Assembly (NCBI GenBank): GCA_050015075.1
Contig: JBEKCB010000002.1
Coordinates: 32,001 to 96,000, forward strand
Length of the DNA stretch: 64,000 bases
From: Candidatus Brocadiia bacterium
Lineage (GTDB): Bacteria; Planctomycetota; Brocadiia; CAIUPP01
Reading direction: 5' to 3'
Under the pieces are notes generated by a model, which was given only the letters and a program-made list of their open reading frames with translations, was not told where the DNA came from and ran no database searches. Shown piece by piece: positions 1-8,089 of the stretch (the stretch's first letter is position 1; each line of letters starts with the position of its first letter). Made by a program: the position numbers and the translations under genes.

Positions 1-6
1 CAGTTC

Positions 7-249
7 TCACCGCGCGATCCCTCTCACGTGCGCAGCGACTGCCTTGAGCATGCGCCTTTCTTCCTCCTCAGGCGGAAGCGCCTTTCCTGCAACGCCCGCG
101 AATTCAAAAAGGTCCGGCGCGCGCTTGACGACAATCGCTTTGTCCTCGAGTTCGATCACGATCCGGTCATGCGGCTTGATGCCCAGCTTTCGCCTGAACG
201 CAATCGGCAGGGTGATCTGCCCTTTGACGGAGATGGTGGAAACCGGCAT
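7..249 (-). CDS. AbrB/MazE/SpoVT-family DNA-binding antitoxin (probably VapB-like)
   Basis: 80 aa with the 'STISVKGQITLPIAFRRKLGIKPHDRI' swapped-hairpin signature. The stop overlaps a GTG start (GTGA, 7-10) of a downstream gene running off the window, as expected for a toxin partner. Confidence 0.85.
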   Translation of the reverse strand: MPVSTISVKGQITLPIAFRRKLGIKPHDRIVIELEDKAIVVKRAPDLFEFAGVAGKALPPEEEERRMLKAVAAHVRGIAR

Positions 250-274
250 GGCAGTCTTCCTTTCATGACATATT

Positions 275-311
275 CTTTACTTATGATACATGGTAAAGCG
301 AATTCTGTCAA
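275..311 (-). promoter_or_regulatory. Sigma70-like promoter with overlapping operator palindrome for the AbrB-family TA operon
   Basis: Minus strand TTGACA-17 bp-TATCAT; the inverted repeat CTTTAC (275-280) / GTAAAG (293-298) brackets the -10 box. Confidence 0.6.
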
Positions 312-312
312 G

Positions 313-1410
313 TTAAACGTCGGCCGGCGATGGCGCCGTCAACGGATCGCAGTGCACTTCGAGCACATCCAGTTCCCGGCAATCGCACGGCGCGCGCAGG
401 ATGGCGCTGAGGGACGGATTCGTCCGGCCTTCGTCGCCCGAGATGAGTTCCTTGATGTACGTCCCGGACTGGACGCGCACGGTCAGCTCGAACCGGCGGA
501 CCGTGGGGCCGGGTTCGGAGATTTGCACGGAGCAGGTCCGGACAGTCCGCCGGCGCACGAGGTTCGCCCGGCGGTGCAGCACGCGGCGCGGCGTTTCCTG
601 GCGCAGGACCACGTCGCGCAGGGCGCCGAGCCGCTCCACCGCCGCGCGCGGGACCGGCACAAGGCATTCCACCGCCGCGCGGTACGACTTGTCCGGGCTC
701 ATGCGGAGCATGCGGTCGAGCAGGCCGCGGTCGGCGAACCGGAGTTGCTCCACCTCGACCTCGCCGGTGAGCGTCCGGTTGAGCGCCTCCTGGATCGGCG
801 CGAGGTCGAACGTCCGGACGCGCGGCATCTCCAATTCGAGCACGAAGGGCCGCCCGCGGCCGAGCATCCGCGCGTCCACGTCCTCGCGGCCGACCGAGTG
901 CATCTTCGTCCCCGTGCCTCGGCCCTTCGACAACCGTTCAGGGCCGCCCTGAGTTGGGTCGAATGGGCGGCAGATCGGCAGGATCGGCGCTGCGACGAGT
1001 TCCTCCACGCTCCGCTGGTACCGCTTGCCCGTTCCGCCGCACACTTCGCAGCCCACGCCGTGGCAATGGCGGCAGGGCCACTTGCTCTGCGGGATCTCGC
1101 GCGAGAGTTTTCGATAGCGCCCATAGATGAGCAGCGGCTGCAGGCGCTGGACGCGCGCGCCGCCGGCCGGGTAGGCCAGCTCGATGCGGATCACCGCGCG
1201 CTCCAGCGACGCCACCAGGCCCGGCGCGGTCCGCTCAAGGCACTGGCCGACGCGCCGGTTGACCTCCGACTTGGTCGCCAGCGCCTCTTCCGCCGTCACC
1301 GGCCCGGCGACGCGCGTCCCGAGCCAGAACGTGTCGAACTCGTATTCGGAACGCAGCCGGAGCACCTCGCGCGCAAACGCCTGAATCATTTCATCCGATA
1401 TGGGATTCAT
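313..1410 (-). CDS. pus10: tRNA pseudouridine(54/55) synthase Pus10 (archaeal/eukaryal type)
   Basis: Motifs GRYRKLSREIPQSKW, CRHCHGVGCEVC, catalytic GREDVDARMLGRGRPFVLE, QETPRRVLHRR and GTYIKELISGDEGRTNPSL are Pus10 hallmarks. Confidence 0.92.
   Translation of the reverse strand: MNPISDEMIQAFAREVLRLRSEYEFDTFWLGTRVAGPVTAEEALATKSEVNRRVGQCLERTAPGLVASLERAVIRIELAYPAGGARVQRLQPLLIYGRYRKLSREIPQSKWPCRHCHGVGCEVCGGTGKRYQRSVEELVAAPILPICRPFDPTQGGPERLSKGRGTGTKMHSVGREDVDARMLGRGRPFVLELEMPRVRTFDLAPIQEALNRTLTGEVEVEQLRFADRGLLDRMLRMSPDKSYRAAVECLVPVPRAAVERLGALRDVVLRQETPRRVLHRRANLVRRRTVRTCSVQISEPGPTVRRFELTVRVQSGTYIKELISGDEGRTNPSLSAILRAPCDCRELDVLEVHCDPLTAPSPADV
923..967. repeat. 45-bp REP-like palindrome in-frame inside pus10
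   Basis: cccttcgacaaccgttcagggc-c-gccctgagttgggtcgaatggg is an imperfect palindrome encoding PFDPTQGGPERLSKG just before the catalytic motif. Confidence 0.75.
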
Positions 1411-1468
1411 CGCGCGTCCATTATACAGGGCGACGGCGAAGACGGCGACAAATGAAGACTAATTTTGG

Positions 1469-1532
1469 AACCACAGATGGACACAGATACGAATCGCTCT
1501 TGTTTTTTCTGCTTATCTGTGGTCATCTGTGG
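1469..1532. repeat. Inverted tandem-repeat element, 10-bp period (ACACAGAT family)
   Basis: Arms aaccacagatggacacagat (1469-1488) and atctgtggtcatctgtgg (1515-1532); same family as 58813-58896. Confidence 0.8.
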
Positions 1533-1661
1533 CGACAGGCAGCGCTCGGCCGCTCGCGCCGTCGCTCCGTGGTTTCAATCCACGACAGGTTGGTTGCAAC
1601 GATGGTCAATGAACTTACAGCCGATTCGCCTCTGCCCCCGAGCCGCCCTGAGGAAACTCGA

Positions 1662-2753
1662 ATGGGCGGCAAGCGCGTCGTCGTCGGCATGTCCGGCGGA
1701 GTGGATTCCTCGACGGCGGCGGCGCTGCTCCAGCGGCAGGGATACGAAGTCATCGGCGTGGGCCTTCGCCTTCCGCTGCTCCAAGCCGGCCTGCCCGCCG
1801 CGGCGGGCTGCAATTCACCGCGCCGGTGCTGCGGACCGGCGGCGATGGAGGACGCGCGCGCCGTGGCGAACCAGCTCGGCATCCGCTTCGCCGCGCTCGA
1901 TTACCAGGAACTCTTCAGCCGGGAAATCATCGAACAGTTCTTCCGCGCTTACGCCGAAGGCCGGACGCCGAACCCGTGCGCCGAGTGCAACCGCCTCATC
2001 AAATTCGGCCGCCTCCTGGAATTCGCCAGGATCATCGGCGCGGACTTTCTCGCCACCGGCCATTACGCGCGCACCGCGCTCGATCCGCAGAGCGGGCGAC
2101 ACCTGCTGCTCAAGGGCGCGGACCGCGAGAAGGACCAGTCCTATTTCCTCTACGGGCTTTCGCAGGAGCAGCTCGCCGCCGCGCTCTTTCCGCTCGGCGC
2201 GATGACCAAGGAGGAAACGCGCCGCCTGGCGCGCTCCTTCGGCCTGCCCGTCTCCGAAAAGCCCGGCAGCCAGGACATCTGTTTCCTGGGCGAGGGCGAC
2301 TACCGTTCGCTGCTGGCCGAACGCCATCCGGAATCGCTGCAGCCCGGCCCGATCGTGGACCTGCGCGGCCGCGTGCTGGGGACTCACAAGGGCGTCGCCG
2401 GGTTCACCGTCGGCCAGCGGAAATCGCTGGGCATCGCGGCCGGCGCGCCGCTGTACGTCCTGGCCCTCCGCCCCGCCGCGCGCACCGTCGTCGTCGGGAC
2501 GAAGGAGGAATTGCAGCAGGAGAAGTTCACCGTCGCCGAAATCAACTGGATCGCGTTCGATCCACCGCCGGACAACCTTGAAGCGGAAGTCAAGGTCCGC
2601 TACCGCCAGCCCGAGCAACCGGCCGCGATTCGCATGCTCGCCCCGGGCCGAGCCGAAGTCCGCTGGCACAGCCCGCAGCCCGCAGCCGCGCCGGGCCAAT
2701 CCGCCGTCTTCTACAGAGGCGAGGGCGTCCTCGGCGGCGGGATTATAGAGTGA
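1662..2753 (+). CDS. mnmA: tRNA 2-thiouridine(34) synthase MnmA
   Basis: SGGVDSS PP-loop, TPNPCAECN, ATGHYA, KDQSYFL, SQDICF, GQRKSLG, PGQSAVFY. Start placed at ATG 1662; the upstream part of the ORF reads through a repeat element. Confidence 0.95.
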   Translation: MGGKRVVVGMSGGVDSSTAAALLQRQGYEVIGVGLRLPLLQAGLPAAAGCNSPRRCCGPAAMEDARAVANQLGIRFAALDYQELFSREIIEQFFRAYAEGRTPNPCAECNRLIKFGRLLEFARIIGADFLATGHYARTALDPQSGRHLLLKGADREKDQSYFLYGLSQEQLAAALFPLGAMTKEETRRLARSFGLPVSEKPGSQDICFLGEGDYRSLLAERHPESLQPGPIVDLRGRVLGTHKGVAGFTVGQRKSLGIAAGAPLYVLALRPAARTVVVGTKEELQQEKFTVAEINWIAFDPPPDNLEAEVKVRYRQPEQPAAIRMLAPGRAEVRWHSPQPAAAPGQSAVFYRGEGVLGGGIIE

Positions 2754-2840
2754 CGCCGCCGCGCCGCGATCGTGCGAGGATTGACATGGTGATCCTGCGT
2801 CTGCACTTGTAATCGCACACAATAGCCTTAGCCAGAGGAG

Positions 2841-2869
2841 TTGACAATATATCCGTTCTGACATATAAC
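2841..2869 (+). promoter_or_regulatory. Sigma70-like promoter upstream of the HTH antitoxin
   Basis: TTGACA-17 bp-TATAAC, with partial dyad symmetry (tatatc...gacatata) typical of TA operators. Confidence 0.65.
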
Positions 2870-2914
2870 GGAGTGCGTGAATGTCCAGTAAGACGCTTAT
2901 GAAGAGGCGATGTC

Positions 2915-3202
2915 ATGAAGAAACTGAAAAATGGGTGGGTCGAGGGAACGGCTCAGGAGCTCCTGGACTTGTCGGATTCGGACATGGAGTACATTGAGAC
3001 GAAGCGCGCGTTGGCCGCATGTCTGCGCGACCTGCGAAAAGCCAAGCATTTGACGCAGGTGAAACTCGCAGCCCGCCTGCACACGAGTCAATCCCGCGTG
3101 GCCAAGATGGAGGCCGGCGATCCGACCGTTTCCATGGATCTGTTGTTTCGGTCGCTCTACCGGATCGGCGCTACTCGGCGCAAAGTGGCCTCGGCTCTCT
3201 GA
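2915..3202 (+). CDS. XRE/HigA-like helix-turn-helix protein (orphan antitoxin)
   Basis: 'LTQVKLAARLHTSQSRVAKMEAGDPTVSMDLL' HTH_3 signature; 95 aa. Confidence 0.85.
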   Translation: MKKLKNGWVEGTAQELLDLSDSDMEYIETKRALAACLRDLRKAKHLTQVKLAARLHTSQSRVAKMEAGDPTVSMDLLFRSLYRIGATRRKVASAL

Positions 3203-3245
3203 CAGGTTTCATGCGTCCATTTCCCGCCGCCCCGTTTCCCCTCCG

Positions 3246-4271
3246 TCACGTCTGTTTCGGCGCCGGGTAGTGGTACTCCGCCATCGCCGGCGCAAAGAAA
3301 TCAAAGTGGCTCGCACTCCTGTCCCGCTTCCACCGCCCGACCGAGTCAGGGCGCACAACGATCCTCGCCAGCTCCATGCCCAGGAATTCTCTCAGGCGGG
3401 CGAGGGTATTGTCCTGATCGAGAATGAAGTCCTCGAACCGCACCTCGATCCAATTCGCGGGCTTGGGGGTGGCCTTGACGATGTCGTACTGGTACTTCCA
3501 CGAGATCGCGCGCCGGAGCAGCAGGTCGTCCGTCTGCGGATACTGGATGCCGAAATCGGCGAGGTCGTCGGTCAGGTGGCTCCCCAGGATGCAATCGCGC
3601 GGGTCGCGGATCCAGAAGATGTACCGGGCCGCCGGGAACATCCGCACGATCCAGGGATAGGCCAGCGTCGTCTCCGGGAGCTTCCAGCCGCGCTCCCCGG
3701 ATTTGCTGCGGAGGACCGACACGAGGTACGCGTGGACCAGCGTCGTGAATTCCTCGGGGATGGGCATCGTCTGCAACCGGCTGAAATCCCACTCCAGCCC
3801 GCCTTTCCAAACCACCTGGCGGGCTAGGAGGCGGCACGCATCGTAGAGGTGCTGGGCCGGCAGCAGGTCGCCGGAGTCGTTGAGCATGTCGCCCATGAAA
3901 ACGCCGCTGGCCGAAAGCGTGTGAGACATCGCCCGGGTGCCCGAATGTCCCCGGCCGATGATCGTGATCAGCTTCAGCCGGCTGTCATCTTCACTTTCGA
4001 CCTGCCCGAAGTGCGCCGGTTCGGCAGGCGACAGATGCGCCTGTCCGTCAATCTCCAGCCGTCTCGAGAGCCGCCTCCGCGCATCGTGGACACGATTGAA
4101 ACACCATTCCTGCGAGCGTGAAGGCAAAAGCAGTATCAGCGGCCGGAGCAGCGTGTAATAGAAGGCCATGGCCCACGCGCGCACCGCCAGCTTCAGGTTG
4201 TGCGTCTGCGCTGAGATGCCGCGAATCGGGTGATTCTGTCGCGCGTCGGCGGAATCAGGAAGTTCTGTCAA
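3246..4271 (-). CDS. Sulfotransferase family protein (start uncertain)
   Basis: 5'-PSB-like 'IIGRGHSGT', 'WKLPE', 3'-PB-like 'WIRDPRD', 'VRFEDF'. Confidence 0.8.
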   Translation of the reverse strand: MTELPDSADARQNHPIRGISAQTHNLKLAVRAWAMAFYYTLLRPLILLLPSRSQEWCFNRVHDARRRLSRRLEIDGQAHLSPAEPAHFGQVESEDDSRLKLITIIGRGHSGTRAMSHTLSASGVFMGDMLNDSGDLLPAQHLYDACRLLARQVVWKGGLEWDFSRLQTMPIPEEFTTLVHAYLVSVLRSKSGERGWKLPETTLAYPWIVRMFPAARYIFWIRDPRDCILGSHLTDDLADFGIQYPQTDDLLLRRAISWKYQYDIVKATPKPANWIEVRFEDFILDQDNTLARLREFLGMELARIVVRPDSVGRWKRDRSASHFDFFAPAMAEYHYPAPKQT

Positions 4272-4570
4272 ATCACGGCCTTCGAGGCGACTGTCAGACG
4301 CCCAACGTTAATTTCCGACGACCGAGGTTACGCCGGGTAAACCGGAATCTGCCAAAAGGCCGCCCGTCAGAAGGCGGCCGCTCATCAAGCGTGATATGCT
4401 AACGACCCAGGTCACCCGCGTCAAGGAACTCTTCGGCGGTCTGCCGGCCCTGAACGGTTTTCAAAGTGCTGACCCGGCCGAGCCCGCCCGCCGACAATTT
4501 ACCTGGCCGGCAGAATTCTAATGGTCGGAATGCGGCATTGGGCGGGATATCGTCCGGATTAATAAGGACA

Positions 4571-4700
4571 GGGAGCTATTGAAAAAGTCGTTCGCCTTGT
4601 CACTCTGAGCGCAGCGAAGAGTCTAAACCTCTGGCCTCGCCAGCGCCGGAGGTGTGAGACTCCTGGCTTCGTTCGAAATGACAGTTATTCAAACAGCCCC
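4571..4700. repeat. REP-like palindromic element (GTCA-TCTGAGCGCAGCGAAGA family) inside an outer inverted repeat
   Basis: Inner arms 4598-4624 (tgtcactctgagcgcagcgaagagtct) and 4657-4683; outer imperfect IR gggagctattgaaaaa (from 4571) / ttattcaaacagcccc (to 4700). Confidence 0.75.
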
Positions 4701-4736
4701 GCGGCCCTGATGAATCCCGTTTCGCAAGAGCCGGGG

Positions 4737-6233
4737 CTACAGATCCACCTGGAAACGGACGCCGAATATGTCCTCGTCGCCACCGTCTATACGCTTGCCC
4801 GGTGCGAGGTTATCGAACAGGTGCGAGCGAACGTAATTCAGCATCACGCGGACGTTCGGGTTGAGATACCAGTTCAGCCCGGCTGTCACATCGGCCATGC
4901 GTCCGCCCTGAATGTCCCCGTCGTTCAAGTCAATGTACGAGTACCGCGCCGCCAGCTCCCAGGCGCCCCAGCCGTACCGGCCGTCTTTGTTGCTCCCGAG
5001 GTTGTGCAGCGGATGAACCCAGTCGAAGCAGCCGTTGGTTTTGTTATAACCGCGATGCTCTCCGGTCAGGAAATAGCTGAGGAAGCCATAAGCGGCGCCG
5101 AACTGCACGTCTTTCTGCCCGGCCGTGCGCGTCACCTCGGCCTGCGCGCATTCTCCCTGGGCCGAGAACGGCCCGTACACGAAGGCGGCTTCCTGGTCGT
5201 AAAGCTGATACTCATGCACGCCGGCAATAGCGGCGGTGTTCACGAAGTACGAGGCCAAGTGCATTTCCGGCGCGCTGTAGAAATTGAGGGACGTGGCTTT
5301 CGTCGGATAGCGCATGCTGCCCGCAGCGCCGAGGTGCAGCAGCCCGAACGTCCCACCGTTCTTCTCGTCCTGGTACCAGGGCAAACCGGTGACGCGGGCG
5401 GTCGTGTCGTAGCCGCTGTCGGCCTGCGTGAAACCCTGGTTGGTCGAACTGCTGTTGCCGTTCCCGGTGCGGAACTCGCCGATCGCCCAGGTCGCCCGCT
5501 GGTCACAGACCGCGTTCGATAGCAGCATGCCCGTCTGGTATTGGGGCGTGAATGCGAACGTCGTACTGCGCTCCATGAACGTGTTGAAGTTGCTGTTCGT
5601 CACCGTTTCCAGATTGAACGGCTCCACGAGGTGACCGACCGTCACGGTCGCGAACGGCTGCAGCGCTGTCGTGCCGACGTAGGCGCGTGCGATCTGCACC
5701 GTGTCGCTCGTGACCGGGGTGGCCGTCGCGGCCTTGCCCGCGGCCACATTGCTCTGAACCGCGTTGATGCGTCCGGCAAAGTCCGCCTCCAACATGTAGA
5801 ACGTGTTGCCGTAGATCGTGCCGTTCGTCAGGAGCCGCATACGCCGGGCCTCGTCGCCGTCCGCCTGGTTCCCCAGCGCGCTGGTCATCGTCGGCGCCTT
5901 GTACTTCTGAATGCCGCTGCCGGTGTGGAACCACTCGAAATCGTACTGGAGCGTGGCCCCGACGTGAATCGAGAACGCCTTATCGTCCGTTTCGAACCAC
6001 AGGCCGTTGTTCCACTTGACGCCGAGACCCCCCGGCTCCGAGATGCGTTCGACCGCCTTGCGAAGCGAGTCATCCGGGTTGTTCGATTCGTTCGCCTTCT
6101 TCTCGAGTTCCGCCACCCGCTTCTTCAGCGCTTCCAGTTCCGCCTTCGTGTCGTCATCTTGCGCGCGGGCTGCAACGGGAAACAGGAGGCCCAGCATCAA
6201 TACTGTTACCCCGATGCCCACGCTGACTCGCAC
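4737..6233 (-). CDS. OprO/OprP-family phosphate/anion-selective porin
   Basis: Signal peptide, short coiled coil, 'RRMRL', 'FMERS', 'SYFLTGEHRGY', 'GAWELAARYS', 'AGLNWYLNPNVRVMLNY', C-terminal 'RFQVDL'. GTG start 6233 follows AAGGAG. Confidence 0.85.
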   Translation of the reverse strand: MRVSVGIGVTVLMLGLLFPVAARAQDDDTKAELEALKKRVAELEKKANESNNPDDSLRKAVERISEPGGLGVKWNNGLWFETDDKAFSIHVGATLQYDFEWFHTGSGIQKYKAPTMTSALGNQADGDEARRMRLLTNGTIYGNTFYMLEADFAGRINAVQSNVAAGKAATATPVTSDTVQIARAYVGTTALQPFATVTVGHLVEPFNLETVTNSNFNTFMERSTTFAFTPQYQTGMLLSNAVCDQRATWAIGEFRTGNGNSSSTNQGFTQADSGYDTTARVTGLPWYQDEKNGGTFGLLHLGAAGSMRYPTKATSLNFYSAPEMHLASYFVNTAAIAGVHEYQLYDQEAAFVYGPFSAQGECAQAEVTRTAGQKDVQFGAAYGFLSYFLTGEHRGYNKTNGCFDWVHPLHNLGSNKDGRYGWGAWELAARYSYIDLNDGDIQGGRMADVTAGLNWYLNPNVRVMLNYVRSHLFDNLAPGKRIDGGDEDIFGVRFQVDL

Positions 6234-6601
6234 GGCCTTCTCCTTGTTGGAATCCGGGACTTCAGAAGCAAGGAATTTATCGGCTATGAATGGCGTTGTC
6301 AAGGGAAAAGCGACATGGGATGGTCGGATTGTTGAAAGAATCAGGCTGCTCGCAGTGTGCCCGTCAGGGCAGACGAAACAGCGGCTGACGGCACCACTAC
6401 ACGCCGCGACTGCGTGATATCACACAGCCGATTGCGCGGTTTCACGCGCAAGCGGAGCTGCACGAAAGGCCTTTCGCCCGCAATTCAAGCCCTTTTCGCG
6501 TTTCTTCTTTTCCTTGGGTGATGGCACGAAGTTTGCTCCAGTTTTTTTGGACGAAATGTCATCATACTGAAGACGGCAACAAGATCGAAAGGATGCGGAA
6601 A

Positions 6602-7948
6602 ATGGCCGCGAAGGTTCTTTCCAGAATTCTGATCGTCGCGGCGGCCTTTGTGCTGATCGCCGCGGCGGCGGTGGCGCTGCACCTGCGCGGCGCGGCGTCG
6701 AATCATGAGGGCCGCGCTGCGCTCGCAGCGCCGGGCGAGCCGAAGGCGCCGACGAAGGTGATGTACCACTGCCCGATGCACCCGAATTACATTTCCGATC
6801 ATCCGGGCAAGTGCCCCATCTGCGGGATGGACCTGGTGCCGTTTACGCCCGGGGAGACGGAGCAGACGCCGCCTCAGCCGGGCCTCGAAACTCACGCGCC
6901 GCTCACGCTCAGCCCCGAGCGGCGGCAGTTGATCGGCCTGCAGCTCGGCACGGTGGAGAAGAGGCGCGTGACCCGCACGATCCGCGCGGCGGGCCGCGTG
7001 GAGTACAACGAAAAGACGCTGGCGACGGTCAGCCTGAAGTTCGGCGGCTGGGTCGAGGAGCTGATGGTGAAGTCGGTGGGCGAGACGGTGCGCAAGGGCT
7101 CGCCGCTGATGGCGATCTACAGCCCGGGTCTGCTCGAGGCGCAGCACAATTACCTCGTGGCGCGCGCGGCGCTGACGGCGCTGGGAAAGGACGCATCGGC
7201 GGACTCGCGCTCGCTCGCGGAGGAGATGCTCCGCAGCGCCCGGGAGCGCCTGCGGCTCTGGGATTTCACCGATGAGCAGTTGAAGGCGATCGAGTCGTCC
7301 GGGCAGGCCGAGCATGACGTGACAATCTTCTCGAAGGTGGATGGCGTGGTGACCGCGCGCAACGTGGCGCTCGGGAGCAATGTGGAGCCGGGCAGGGACC
7401 TCTTCCAGATCGCCGACTTGACGACGGTCTGGATGCTGGCGGATGTTTTCGAGTCCGAGGCGCCGCTGGTCAAAGTCGGGCAGCAGGCGAAGATCGAACT
7501 GATCGCCTTCCCCGGCGAGCCGCTGACCGGGACCGTGTCGTACATTTATCCCGCGCTCGACGAGTCCACGCGGACGCTGCGGGTTCGGCTGGAGTGCCCG
7601 AACCCGGACGGCCGGCTGAAGCCCGGGATGTTCTCGGCCGTCTCCATCGCCGTGGACCTGGGCGAGCAACTGGCGGTGGATGACGATGCCGTGCTGGACA
7701 CCGGCCTGCGCCAGATCGTCTTCGTGGATAAGGGCGAAGGCCGGCTGGAGCCGCGCGAGGTGGTGGTCGGCGACCGCGCCGACGGACTGGCGATCATCGC
7801 CAAGGGCCTCGACGCGGGCGAGCGAATCGTAACGAGCGGGAATTTCCTGGTGGACTCCGAGAGCCGGATGAAGGCTGCGCTCAGGCAGGTGAGCGGCAAG
7901 GCGGAGCCGGCAGCGAAATCGGGCATGGCGGATATGCCGGGAATGTAG
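6602..7948 (+). CDS. cusB: CusB-like RND periplasmic adaptor with heavy-metal-binding domain
   Basis: 'YHCPMHP...PGKCPICGMDL' HMBD, 'IYSPGLLEAQ', 'LKPGMF', 'GNFLVDSES'. Confidence 0.9.
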   Translation: MAAKVLSRILIVAAAFVLIAAAAVALHLRGAASNHEGRAALAAPGEPKAPTKVMYHCPMHPNYISDHPGKCPICGMDLVPFTPGETEQTPPQPGLETHAPLTLSPERRQLIGLQLGTVEKRRVTRTIRAAGRVEYNEKTLATVSLKFGGWVEELMVKSVGETVRKGSPLMAIYSPGLLEAQHNYLVARAALTALGKDASADSRSLAEEMLRSARERLRLWDFTDEQLKAIESSGQAEHDVTIFSKVDGVVTARNVALGSNVEPGRDLFQIADLTTVWMLADVFESEAPLVKVGQQAKIELIAFPGEPLTGTVSYIYPALDESTRTLRVRLECPNPDGRLKPGMFSAVSIAVDLGEQLAVDDDAVLDTGLRQIVFVDKGEGRLEPREVVVGDRADGLAIIAKGLDAGERIVTSGNFLVDSESRMKAALRQVSGKAEPAAKSGMADMPGM

Positions 7949-7980
7949 GCGAGGACGACGGGAAGGCGCATTGGCGCAGT

Positions 7981-8065
7981 TCGTCCTCGTCCTCGATCTC
8001 GTCCTCGTCCTCGGTCGTAATAAACGGCCGTTCGAGGACGAGGACGACGACGAGGACGAGGACGA
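7981..8065. repeat. Inverted tandem-repeat element, 6-bp period (CGTCCT/AGGACG family)
   Basis: Arms 7981-8013 and 8032-8065 between cusB and cusA; the spacer resembles the 46188-46276 copy in reverse orientation. Confidence 0.85.
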
Positions 8066-8089
8066 TAGAGGCAAAATGCGAGGCGCATC

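Noticed and set aside
4299-4310. GTTGGGC on the minus strand upstream of the sulfotransferase, resembling an integron attC core site
   Set aside because: No matching inverse core or attC palindrome was found nearby, and there is no integron integrase.
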